From the NCBI GenBank assembly GCA_041486205.1, contig JBGPKY010000003.1, positions 1-36,473 of the forward strand: 36,473 nt of DNA. The letters run 5' to 3'. Below are positions 27,976-36,472 of this stretch, one piece after another. The stretch comes from Actinomycetota bacterium (GTDB lineage Bacteria; Actinomycetota; UBA4738; HRBIN12). Each line of letters begins with the position of its first letter. The first letter of the stretch is position 1. A program made the position numbers and the translations under genes. The notes under the pieces were generated by a model. It was not told where the DNA came from and did not search any database. It worked only from the letters and a program-made list of their open reading frames with translations.

Positions 27976-29444
27976 CCGACGACGTCTTCGTCGGCTTCGA
28001 CCTCGGGACCTCGAGCCTCAAGGGCGTGGTCGTGTCGCCGGCCGGCGGGATCCTTGCAAGCGCGCGGGCGGGGTACGAGACGCGCAGGAACGCACCGGGT
28101 CGCGCCGAGCAAGATCCCGCTGACTGGCTCCGAGCGACCGCAGAGGTCGTGCGAGCCCTGGCTGGAACCGTTGCGCCGGAAGGCTGGGTAGGGATCGGGC
28201 TCACGGGCATGATCCCAACGCTTGTGCTTGCCGACGACGATGGAGCCGCGATCGGCTCCGCGTTCACGTGGGAGGACGACCGCGCGCACGAGGAGGGCAC
28301 GGCCTTCCGCGCCGAACACGGCGACGACGCCATCTACGCTTCAACCGGCCAATGGGTCGATGGACGCTATCTGCTTCCGATGTGGAGATGGATCCGGAAG
28401 AACGAACGCGAACGCGCCGCGCGCGCAACGCGCGTGCTTTCGGCGAAAGACTTCTTGTTCCGCTGGCTGACCGGCGAGACAGCGACCGATCCCAGCACCG
28501 CGACCGGGTTCGGTTGCTTCGACCTCGAGAGCGGCGCGTGGTCGTCGGATCTGGCCGGCGATGTCGCGCTTCGGCTGCCGGAGGTCCGGCCTGCCACCGC
28601 GACTTCGCCCCTCGCTTCGAGGGCGGCGGACGAGCTGGGTCTTCCCGCCGAGCTACCGGTCGTCCTCGGTGCTGCCGATTCCGTCGCCGGTGCCCTCGCG
28701 CTCGGCGTGATCGAACCCGGCGACTGCGCGTATCTGTGGGGAACCAGCACGGTCATCCTCGGAGTGAGCCGCGAGCCGTTGCGTGATCCGGCGCACCGGT
28801 TCCTCGTCACCCCGCTTGCGCTCGGTGACGCGTGGGGACTCGAGATGGACCTCGTCAGCACTGGCAGCGCGATCGCCTGGGCCGCAACGGTTCTAGGGAT
28901 GAGTGGTGAGGACGAGGTCCTTCACGCGGCCGAACGCTCGGCGCCGGGCGCCAACGGCGTCGCGTTCTTGCCGTTCCTGGGGTCTGGGGAGCAGGGCGCG
29001 TTGTGGGACCAGGGTCTGCGCGGGACGATCTCGGGGCTCACGCTCTCGCACGGCGGCCAGGACGTGGCGCGCGCGCTCCTCGAGGGCATCGCGCTGGAGA
29101 GCCGGCGCTGCCTCGACGTTCTCGGTGACGCCGGCCTCGCGCCGGGCGAGCTCCGCGCCACCGGCGGGGCTGCCGCGTCGACGTTCTTCGGTCAGCTCCT
29201 CGCCGACGCCGCGAGCCGGCCGGTGACGCGCCCGGTGGTCGGCGCTTCGGCTCCCGCGTACGGCGCCGCACTGCTCGCCGCAGCCGCGATCCGGGGCGCC
29301 GATCCTGCGCCGCTCGCCCGCAGTCGCGAAGTCGACCGCGTCGAACCCGACCCGAACGCCGCCCCCGTCTGGGAAACACTCGCGCGCCGCCACGGGTCGC
29401 TCCTGGAAGCGATCCGCCCGCTGGGCGAGGGCGGGCGAGCTTAG
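27972..29444 (+). CDS. FGGY-family carbohydrate kinase (xylulokinase-like)
   Basis: GFDLGTSSLK, EQDP..W, W.D.RA, KDFL...LTG, GAADS, GTS, FLPFL and ALLEGIA; GTGA overlap. Confidence 0.87.
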   Translation: MTDDVFVGFDLGTSSLKGVVVSPAGGILASARAGYETRRNAPGRAEQDPADWLRATAEVVRALAGTVAPEGWVGIGLTGMIPTLVLADDDGAAIGSAFTWEDDRAHEEGTAFRAEHGDDAIYASTGQWVDGRYLLPMWRWIRKNERERAARATRVLSAKDFLFRWLTGETATDPSTATGFGCFDLESGAWSSDLAGDVALRLPEVRPATATSPLASRAADELGLPAELPVVLGAADSVAGALALGVIEPGDCAYLWGTSTVILGVSREPLRDPAHRFLVTPLALGDAWGLEMDLVSTGSAIAWAATVLGMSGEDEVLHAAERSAPGANGVAFLPFLGSGEQGALWDQGLRGTISGLTLSHGGQDVARALLEGIALESRRCLDVLGDAGLAPGELRATGGAAASTFFGQLLADAASRPVTRPVVGASAPAYGAALLAAAAIRGADPAPLARSREVDRVEPDPNAAPVWETLARRHGSLLEAIRPLGEGGRA

Positions 29445-29481
29445 GCCCGGTCGCACCGCGCCCTCCGGATCGGGGAGTCTT

Positions 29482-29515
29482 CTCATCGTCCTCTTATCGT
29501 CCGGATGCCTAACCT
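29482..29515 (+). promoter_or_regulatory. 11-bp-period direct repeat (putative OmpR-family binding site) and -10 box
   Basis: CTCATCGTCCT-CTTATCGTCC followed by TAACCT at 29510-29515. Confidence 0.65.
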
Positions 29516-29558
29516 GGGTGGTGGGCAAGGGGACGACTTCGGTACCGGAGGATGCCCG

Positions 29559-30230
29559 ATGAGGATCCTCGTCGTGGAGGACGAGCTCAAAGTGGCGAAC
29601 GCCATCCGCAAGGGCCTCGAGCGGCACGCGTACGCCGTCGACCTCTCGGGAGCGGGCACCGATGCCCTCTCGATGGCGACCGAATACGACTACGACGCGA
29701 TCGTCCTGGACCTGATGCTACCGGGGATGGACGGCCTCGCCGTCTGCGAAGAGCTTCGAGCCCGCGAGCGCTGGCCGCCGATCCTGATGCTGACGGCCAG
29801 GGGCGCCATCAGGGACCGCACACGCGGCCTCGACGCCGGCGCTGACGATTACTTGGTCAAACCGTTCGCTTTCGGTGAGCTCCTGGCCCGGTTGCGCGCG
29901 CTGATCAGAGGGCGGTCGGGCGCCCGACCCTCGATCCTCGAGGTGGGAGGCGTCCTGCTCGATCCGGCGCGCCACACGACCTGTCGCGATGGGCGCGCGG
30001 TGGAGCTGACCGCCAGGGAGTTCGCGTTGCTCGAGTTCCTGATGCGCCATGCCGGCGAGGTCATGGGCCGGACCCAGATCCTCGAACACGTCTGGGACTA
30101 CAACTACGACGGGGTCTCCAACGTGGTGAACGTCTACGTGGGGTACCTGCGCAAGAAGCTGGAGGAACCGTTCGGCCGGCCCTTGATCCGCGCGGTTCGT
30201 GGAGTGGGCTACGTGCTGGAGGCGGGATGA
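29559..30230 (+). CDS. OmpR/PhoB-family response regulator (CusR/TcrX/MprA-like)
   Basis: MRILVVEDE, LDLMLPGMDG, LTA, GADDYLVKPF, LTAREF and VYVGYLRKKL...VRGVGY. Confidence 0.95.
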   Translation: MRILVVEDELKVANAIRKGLERHAYAVDLSGAGTDALSMATEYDYDAIVLDLMLPGMDGLAVCEELRARERWPPILMLTARGAIRDRTRGLDAGADDYLVKPFAFGELLARLRALIRGRSGARPSILEVGGVLLDPARHTTCRDGRAVELTAREFALLEFLMRHAGEVMGRTQILEHVWDYNYDGVSNVVNVYVGYLRKKLEEPFGRPLIRAVRGVGYVLEAG

Positions 30231-31630
30231 GCCTTCCGATCCGAAGCCGCTTGACGCTGTTGTACGTGGGAGTCCTGGCCGTGATCCTTGCCGCCTTCGG
30301 GACCTTCTTGTTCCTGCGGTTGAGGACCGACCTGCTGCGTGCGCTGGACGACTCGCTCAGCTCTCGCGCCGCGCAGATCTCGCTCGGCTATCGAGGGCCG
30401 GGTCAGGCGAACTTCCAGGACGTGAGCGACTCCTCGCTCGGCGGCCTGGCCCCCGGAGAGTCGGCGGCCCAGATCCTGTCGCCGTCGGGAACCGTTCAAG
30501 ATTCCACGGGCGATCCCGTCGCCGAGCGCGCGCTGGTCGGCCCCGCCTCGCTCTCCCAGGTGGCTCGCAGGCAGCGGGTTCGCGAGAGCGTGAGCCTCGG
30601 TTCCGACTCGGAGCGCTTCCGGGTCCTGGCGATATCGCTGTCCGGACGCCCCGGCTCCGACGTCCTGGTTGTCGCCACCTCGCTGGAGGAGGTGGACGCC
30701 TCCGTCCACCGGCTTCTCGTCTTGATCCTCGCCGGGATCCCCCTCGCCCTCCTGGCCGCGGGGCTTGGCGGCTGGCTGCTCGCCGGGAGAGCCCTTCGGC
30801 CCGTCGCCCGGATGACCGGCGAGGCGCACGCGATAGGAGCGAACCGACTCGAGGAGCGGATCGCCGTTCCGACGACCGCAGACGAGCTCCAGCGCTTGGC
30901 GCTCACGTTGAACGCGATGCTCGACCGGCTCCAAGGCGCTGTGGTGAGGCAGCGGAGGTTCGTGGCCGATGCGTCGCACGATCTTCGTACCCCCCTCACC
31001 GTCATGCTCTCGGAGATAGACGTCGGGATCGACGCCGCCCGCCTCACCCCCGAAGAGGCCCGCACCCTGCTCCTGAGCAATCGTGAAGAGGTCGAGCGGA
31101 TGGCCCGCATAGTCGACGATCTGCTCACGCTAGCTTCGCTTGAAGACGGCCACCTCCAACTCGTCGACGCCCCGATCGAGCTTCGCGATCTGCTGGTCGA
31201 GGTGGTCGACGAGCTACGTCCACTCGCAACCGCCGCCGATATCCGCGTCGAGGTGGAGGGCGACGCCGTGCAGGTCGCGGGCGACCGGGAGCGATTGAAG
31301 CAGGTCGTCGCGAACCTCGTGGACAACGCCGTGCGGTATGCGGGTCAGTCCGCGGATGTGCGCGCCTCGACATGGGAAGCCTCCGGCGAGGCCGGATTCA
31401 CCATCTCCGACACCGGGCCGGGCATACCCGCCGACGCGATCTCGCATGTCTTCGATCGTTTCTTCCGAGTTGATGCCGCGAGATCCTCGGCGCAGAGCGG
31501 AAGCGGGCTGGGGCTTGCCATCTGCAGAGATCTGGTTCTCGCGCACGGCGGCCGTATCTGGGTGGAGAGTCGCGAGGGGGCCGGAAGCTCTTTCTGGGTC
31601 GCCCTGCCGGCTCGTTCGCCGCGTCGCTGA
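30227..31630 (+). CDS. HAMP-domain sensor histidine kinase
   Basis: Two TM helices, HAMP (LRPV...DEL), H-box ASHDLRTPL, N-box NLVDNA, DTGPGI, FDRF and GSGLGLAI. Confidence 0.94.
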   Translation: MSLPIRSRLTLLYVGVLAVILAAFGTFLFLRLRTDLLRALDDSLSSRAAQISLGYRGPGQANFQDVSDSSLGGLAPGESAAQILSPSGTVQDSTGDPVAERALVGPASLSQVARRQRVRESVSLGSDSERFRVLAISLSGRPGSDVLVVATSLEEVDASVHRLLVLILAGIPLALLAAGLGGWLLAGRALRPVARMTGEAHAIGANRLEERIAVPTTADELQRLALTLNAMLDRLQGAVVRQRRFVADASHDLRTPLTVMLSEIDVGIDAARLTPEEARTLLLSNREEVERMARIVDDLLTLASLEDGHLQLVDAPIELRDLLVEVVDELRPLATAADIRVEVEGDAVQVAGDRERLKQVVANLVDNAVRYAGQSADVRASTWEASGEAGFTISDTGPGIPADAISHVFDRFFRVDAARSSAQSGSGLGLAICRDLVLAHGGRIWVESREGAGSSFWVALPARSPRR

Positions 31631-31632
31631 GA

Positions 31633-31665
31633 CTCACCGTCCTCTTATCGCTCCCCTCCTACGCT
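31633..31665 (+). promoter_or_regulatory. Second copy of the direct-repeat site plus -10 box
   Basis: CTCACCGTCCT-CTTATCG followed by TACGCT at 31660-31665. Confidence 0.6.
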
Positions 31666-31699
31666 TAGCGGCGATCGATGGAGGAAGGAGGTGAAGAAC

Positions 31700-32113
31700 A
31701 TGAAGAAGAAGCTACTGATCGGCGCGGTGGTTCCGCTCGTCGCCTCGCTGGGTCTGTGGGCCGGTCTCGCTAACGCATCCGCAGCCCACGCTCCGACCCA
31801 CCGACCGACGTCGGGCGAGGTCACGACCGGAGTGGATACCGACAACCTTCAGGTCGGGGACCAGACCACGCCGGACAAGGCCGCCCTGCACGCGTCGAAC
31901 GCGTCCGAGGATCCGGCCGGCTCAGACACGGACAACGTCCAGTCCGGAGACCAGACCGCACCGGACAACGCCGGTGAGACTTCCGAGGACCCAAGCTCCG
32001 AGGGCGAAGCCACGACCCCGGAGAACGACGGCGTTGACTGCCAGCAGGATGGGAACTCCGACGGCGTGAACGCTGCCGGCTCCGGCCCGGGCTGCGACGG
32101 CTCGGGGGCGTGA
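31700..32113 (+). CDS. Secreted acidic low-complexity protein with two internal DTDNxQxGDQTxPD repeats
   Basis: AGGAGGT RBS; Sec signal MKKKLLIGAVV...ANASA; D/E/S/G/T-rich mature region with two C-terminal Cys. Confidence 0.75.
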   Translation: MKKKLLIGAVVPLVASLGLWAGLANASAAHAPTHRPTSGEVTTGVDTDNLQVGDQTTPDKAALHASNASEDPAGSDTDNVQSGDQTAPDNAGETSEDPSSEGEATTPENDGVDCQQDGNSDGVNAAGSGPGCDGSGA

Positions 32114-32180
32114 ACCATGTGTGAAACGGTGACTGCCAGGGGTGGATAAGGTCGCCGAGGCCTCTGCCGAGGTCGCCGCG

Positions 32181-32226
32181 AAAAGACCGGACCGAGCCGC
32201 GTGTTGCGCGGCCTCGGTCCGGTCTT
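32181..32226. terminator. Long hairpin, probable bidirectional terminator
   Basis: AAGACCGGACCGAG/CTCGGTCCGGTCTT arms with an inner CCGCG/CGCGG stem, between convergent genes; A-run at 32181 gives a U tail on the minus strand. Confidence 0.7.
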
Positions 32227-32272
32227 CGGCGTGACCCAGACCTTCAGAGCGAGCGTCTGGAGCTGCTCGGTG

Positions 32273-33001
32273 CTAGCCGGTAACGCTCACGAGCTGCGCA
32301 AGCTCGTCGCCGGTGAGCGACTTCTCGAGCGCGATGCCGATGCCCGGTGCGTAGATCTTCTGGTCGTACGCGCCGGGTTCGACTTGGGTTGCCTCGAGCG
32401 AGGTGAGCACGTTGTGAACCTTCCCGTAGGGAACGGTGACCGTGCCCGTCGTGTCGACGATCCAGGCGGTGTCCTGGGCCTGCCCGGACAGGCACTCTTG
32501 CCGGTAGGCGTCCGGGACCTGGGAGTTCGCCTCCATGATGATCCCGGGCTCCGCGTCGTTGACGCCGGCCTCCCAAGATCCGGATGTGTCCACCTTCCCG
32601 TTCGGCAGGTACGCCTTGGTGTCCTCGCCCACGTACCACACGTTGCCCTGGTTGTCCTGTGCGTACCAGTCGGACGTCTTCTCGAGAAGGGTGCTGCCGT
32701 GTTTGGCCACGTCCGTGATGACCGTGGCTGTGATGCCCTCGACGACCTTCGTTTGGTTGGTGACGGTGACGGTGTCCGTCTGGGTCTGCCCGTCCTTGAT
32801 GCCGGTGTAGACCAGCACCCTGCCGACCGGCAATGGGAAGTACTGGTTGTCGATCACGCTGACGAAGTTCGCCGGGTCGAGTACCGGCTCGTACCCCGAG
32901 CATCCGGACGGGCTCGGGGCCGCGCCGGCTTGAGTGATCGACGTCATGATCAGGCCGCCGAGCGCCATCGCTGCGAGCGTCGCGATCACCTTCTTAACCA
33001 T
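32273..33001 (-). CDS. Secreted hypothetical protein, beta-rich
   Basis: AAAGGAGG RBS and signal peptide MVKKVIATLAAMALGG...AGA; globular domain with IDNQYFPL, DWYAQD..GNVWYVGE, GSWEAGV and YAPGIG segments. Confidence 0.78.
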   Translation of the reverse strand: MVKKVIATLAAMALGGLIMTSITQAGAAPSPSGCSGYEPVLDPANFVSVIDNQYFPLPVGRVLVYTGIKDGQTQTDTVTVTNQTKVVEGITATVITDVAKHGSTLLEKTSDWYAQDNQGNVWYVGEDTKAYLPNGKVDTSGSWEAGVNDAEPGIIMEANSQVPDAYRQECLSGQAQDTAWIVDTTGTVTVPYGKVHNVLTSLEATQVEPGAYDQKIYAPGIGIALEKSLTGDELAQLVSVTG

Positions 33002-33034
33002 GGGATCCTCCTTTCCTGTATGTGATCCCGGGCA

Positions 33035-33067
33035 ACGATGCATCCGTGCACGTGAGAGGACGATGAA
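33035..33067 (-). promoter_or_regulatory. Third copy of the direct-repeat site (minus strand) plus -10-like box
   Basis: Minus strand TTCATCGTCCT-CTCAC (33067-33052) followed by CATCGT (33040-33035). Confidence 0.55.
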
Positions 33068-33102
33068 GGAAGCCTGTCCGAGGCCCGGCGTATACTCGCC
33101 GA

Positions 33103-33379
33103 GGTGACCGTGCTAGGCGGGGAGCCAGCGGTGCCCTGTACTCGCAATCCGCTTCAGCGAGGCTGAATCCCCGCCCGCGGCCCGATGGGTCCGAGGCAGC
33201 TCCCGGTACGGAGCGTCGATGGTCGGGTCCCACGCGACACCAACCTGCGAACCCCGTCAGGTCCGGAAGGAAGCAGCGGTAAGCGGGCCCTGGTGGGTGC
33301 CGTGGGGACGCCTGGCCGGAGCTACCGGCCGGTGACGCGCTCGGGTCCACCCCGGGTCAACGGCGGGTGCGCGGTCACC
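33103..33379 (+). ncRNA. ffs: Signal recognition particle RNA, large (Alu-containing, Bacillus scRNA-type)
   Basis: 5' CCGTGCTAGGCGGGGAG..AGCGGTGCCCTGTA...GCAATCCGCT Alu pattern; helix 8 core GTCAGGTCCGGAAGGAAGCAGC; ends pair (GGTGACCGTGC/GCGCGGTCACC); -10 TATACT at 33091-33096; upstream of dnaX. Confidence 0.92.
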
Positions 33380-33441
33380 ACTATGATTCCCGCGCGCCTT
33401 TCCCCGTGCGGGGCGGACGCGGTGAGGGGGAGCAGGCGCGC

Positions 33442-35154
33442 GTGGCGGACGAGAAGCAGTACCAGTCTCTATACCGGAGGTACCGCCCGCAGGGCCCGAA
33501 CGAGGTCCTCGGCCAGGAGCATGTGATCCGAGCGCTCATTGGCGCGGTCCGCGACGGCAAGCTCGCGCACGCGTTCCTCTTCTGCGGGCCACGGGGGACC
33601 GGCAAGACGTCCACGGCTCGCATCCTCGCGAAGATGGTCAACTGCGAGAAGGGCCCGACCGCCGAGCCGTGCGGAACGTGCGACCAGTGCGTGTCCATCC
33701 GGGACGGACAGCATCTCGACGTAGTCGAGATCGACGCCGCATCGCACGGCGGCGTCGACGATGCGCGTGACCTTCGCGAGAAGGCGCCGACCGCCCCCGT
33801 CCAAGGCCGCGAGAAGGTCTACATCATCGATGAGGCGCAACGTCTCTCCCGCGAGGCGTTCGACGCGCTGCTGAAGGTCTTCGAGGAACCGCCGCTCGGC
33901 GTTCGTTTCGTCCTTGCCACCACCGAGCCGCACAAGATGCCGGCAACCATCATCGGTCGCTGCCAGCGGTTCGACTTCCGCCGTCTCCCTGCGGAGGCCA
34001 TCGCGGACCTGTTGCAGCGCATCGCGAAGGAAGAGGGCATGTCGCTATCGGCCGAGGCCGCCCAAGCGATCGCGCGCCAGTCGGAAGGCTCGGCGCGCGA
34101 CGCCCTCTCGCTGCTCGACCAGGCGAGCGTGCTCGGCGGCACCGAGATCGGCGAAGGGATCGTCGCTTCGCTCATCGGCGCGCCGCGCGGTGAAGTCCAG
34201 CTGGCGCTCGCGGACGCTGTTGCAGTGGGCGACGCCAAAGGAGTCTTCGAGCTCGTCAACGGCCTCGTGCAGGAAGGTCAAGACCTGCGCCACGTCACGT
34301 CCGAGATGCTCACGCACTTCCGCAACCTCCTCCTCGCTCGTACGGCGCCGGACCAGCCCGCCCTCCTCGACGTCCCCGAGGGCGAGATCGAGCGCATCCG
34401 CGCGCAAGCGACCAAGCTCTCGCCCGCTGAGATCTCCCGCGTGATCGCGCTCCTCCTTGCCGCTCAGTCCGATATGCGCTGGACGACCTCCCCCCGCCTC
34501 ACCCTGGAGCTCGCCCTGGTCCGCGCCACGGTTCCCGAGACTGACGCCCAGCCTCACGCGCTCGTCTCCCGCCTCGAACGCCTGGAGCGCCTTGCGGGCA
34601 TCACGGCCGGAGCCGAGGCCGGTGTCGCGGAGGCCGGCCCTGCGCCTCGGTCGGGATCGCCCGCACGCGAGTCGAAACCCGAGAGCGTCGATGCCGGCGG
34701 CCCGGAGCCCGCCGAAGCTGTAGCTCCGGCGGCACCACCGGCTCCACCGTCTCCACCGGCTCCTGTGCTGGGGGCTGGAACATCCGCGGTCGACGTCACG
34801 ATGTTCAGGCACTCGTGGTCAGCGCTGGTGCAGCACCTGCGCTCGACGGGAAAGGCCGTCCTCCCGTCCTTCCTCGAGGTGGCGACGCCGGCGGCGTACG
34901 ACGGCCAGACACTCGAGCTGGTCTTCCCCCCCGATAGGAAGTTCGGCGTCTCGAAGGTGGAGGAGCGTGAACAGGAGCTCCGAGCCGCGCTCCAAGAGAT
35001 GTTCGGGGTCGCGCCGAAGATCCGCTGCGTCGTGAGGGAGTCGGTCGCCGGGCCGGGCGAGCCGGACGAGGACGATCCGCCGCCGTCGGACGAGGAAGCC
35101 CTCGCGAAACTGCGGGCCGAACTCGGCGTGCAGCCGACGACCGAGGGCGCGTAG
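33442..35154 (+). CDS. dnaX: DNA polymerase III subunit gamma/tau
   Basis: SLYRRYRP, GPRGTGKTS, zinc module C...PCGTCDQC, EIDAASH, IIDEA, GRCQRF and GSARDA; Pro/Ala-rich linker. -10 TATGAT at 33382-33387. Confidence 0.95.
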   Translation: MADEKQYQSLYRRYRPQGPNEVLGQEHVIRALIGAVRDGKLAHAFLFCGPRGTGKTSTARILAKMVNCEKGPTAEPCGTCDQCVSIRDGQHLDVVEIDAASHGGVDDARDLREKAPTAPVQGREKVYIIDEAQRLSREAFDALLKVFEEPPLGVRFVLATTEPHKMPATIIGRCQRFDFRRLPAEAIADLLQRIAKEEGMSLSAEAAQAIARQSEGSARDALSLLDQASVLGGTEIGEGIVASLIGAPRGEVQLALADAVAVGDAKGVFELVNGLVQEGQDLRHVTSEMLTHFRNLLLARTAPDQPALLDVPEGEIERIRAQATKLSPAEISRVIALLLAAQSDMRWTTSPRLTLELALVRATVPETDAQPHALVSRLERLERLAGITAGAEAGVAEAGPAPRSGSPARESKPESVDAGGPEPAEAVAPAAPPAPPSPPAPVLGAGTSAVDVTMFRHSWSALVQHLRSTGKAVLPSFLEVATPAAYDGQTLELVFPPDRKFGVSKVEEREQELRAALQEMFGVAPKIRCVVRESVAGPGEPDEDDPPPSDEEALAKLRAELGVQPTTEGA

Positions 35155-35748
35155 ATGTACGAGGGCCCGATCCAGGATCTGATCGACGAGCTTTCCCGCC
35201 TTCCCGGGATCGGTCCGAAGTCCGCGCAGCGACTAGCGTTCTATCTGGTGAAAGCGCCGCCCGAGGAGGCGAAGCGCCTCTCCGAAGCCATCACGCAGGC
35301 GAAGGAACGCATCTCCTTCTGCAAGGAGTGCGGCAACGTGGCCGAGGGTGACCTCTGCCGGATCTGCCGCGACCAGTCGCGCGATCTCACCGTCCTATGC
35401 GTCGTCGAGGAGCCCAAGGACGCCGCGACGATCGAGAAAGCGGGCGTGGTGAAGGGCCGGTACCACATCCTCGGCGGCGCGATCAGCCCGCTCGACGGCA
35501 TCGGTCCCGAGGATCTCCGCGTGCAGGAGCTGCTGGATCGCGTCGAGCGCGACGGCGTGATCGAGGTGATCATCGCGACGAACCCGAACCTCGAGGGGAA
35601 CGCGACCGCCATGTACGTCGCCGCCCTGCTGAAGCCGGCCGGCGTCAAAGTCACGCGCCTCGCCAGCGGCCTCCCGGTGGGCGGCGACCTCGAGTACGCC
35701 GACGAGGTGACGCTCAGCCAAGCCCTCGAAGGCCGCCGCGAGATGTAG
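35155..35748 (+). CDS. recR: Recombination mediator RecR
   Basis: [13 protein letters not shown], CxxC...Cxx[13 protein letters not shown] and [13 protein letters not shown]. Confidence 0.97.
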   Translation: MYEGPIQDLIDELSRLPGIGPKSAQRLAFYLVKAPPEEAKRLSEAITQAKERISFCKECGNVAEGDLCRICRDQSRDLTVLCVVEEPKDAATIEKAGVVKGRYHILGGAISPLDGIGPEDLRVQELLDRVERDGVIEVIIATNPNLEGNATAMYVAALLKPAGVKVTRLASGLPVGGDLEYADEVTLSQALEGRREM

Positions 35749-35773
35749 GCGTCCGCTCGCGCGGGCGACTCGC

Positions 35774-36472
35774 CTATGCGATCGCGCGACGGCGCGCGCG
35801 GCGCCACGCGAACCATCCGATCACGAGCAGGACGCCGATCGGGATCAGGTAGCCGAGGCCGACCGTAACGGCGAACACCACGCCGAGGAAGCCGGCGATC
35901 GCGTGCGCCCACGCGCTGGCGAGGCTCGGGTTCTTCACGTTCGTTGCGTTCGTGGTCGCGACCGGAACTCCCGCCTCACGAAGGTTGAACTTGATCGTCG
36001 ACATGTCGGTCTCGTTCTTCAACACGCGAAGCTCGCCCTTCAGCGACTCGATCTTGAACTGCACGTCCATGATCGAACTCGTGTAGCGGAGGATCTGGTC
36101 GGGGGTCGTTGCCTTGTCGAGCAGTCCGTTCAGGATCCGCTGGTCGTCCTGCCACACGCGAAGCCGCGCGTTCAGATCGACGAAGTCAGCGGTGACGTTC
36201 TTGCCTGTGACCGACTGCGACTCGATCCGAACGCCGAGCGCGGCGAGGTCGCTCATCGCGAGCTCGAAGCGAGCGACCGGCACGCGGATGACGAGCGTGC
36301 CCGACTTCCCACCTGAGGTCGAGGACGACTGCACGTAGCCCTTGTAGTGCGCCGCGATGACACCGGCCTCGCCGAACTTGTCGTCGAACATCCCGCGACC
36401 GACCACGACCGAGAGCTGCCCGGTCTTGACGATCCGCGTGAGGTCGGTCGGCGTTGTGATGCCGGCGAGCTG
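35774..36472 (-). CDS. DUF4349-domain protein (5' end outside the window)
   Basis: Frame is open to the window edge (…TRIVKTGQLSVVV); IRVP...F, NVTADFVDLNARL, coiled coil and a C-terminal TM followed by WRRARRR. Confidence 0.8.
   Translation of the reverse strand, partial: QLAGITTPTDLTRIVKTGQLSVVVGRGMFDDKFGEAGVIAAHYKGYVQSSSTSGGKSGTLVIRVPVARFELAMSDLAALGVRIESQSVTGKNVTADFVDLNARLRVWQDDQRILNGLLDKATTPDQILRYTSSIMDVQFKIESLKGELRVLKNETDMSTIKFNLREAGVPVATTNATNVKNPSLASAWAHAIAGFLGVVFAVTVGLGYLIPIGVLLVIGWFAWRRARRRAIA

Noticed and set aside
16750-33110. Active integrative element at tRNA-Ser
   Set aside because: No integrase or transposase and no duplicated tRNA 3' end (att) was found by eye.
33116-33190. 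tRNA-Sec look-alike (GCTTCAGC, GAATCCCC)
   Set aside because: No proper cloverleaf forms; the sequence matches the Alu domain of the large SRP RNA.
34600-34800. Programmed frameshift or repeat in dnaX
   Set aside because: No A-AAA-AAG or poly-A slippery site is visible; the region is an ordinary Pro/Ala low-complexity linker.
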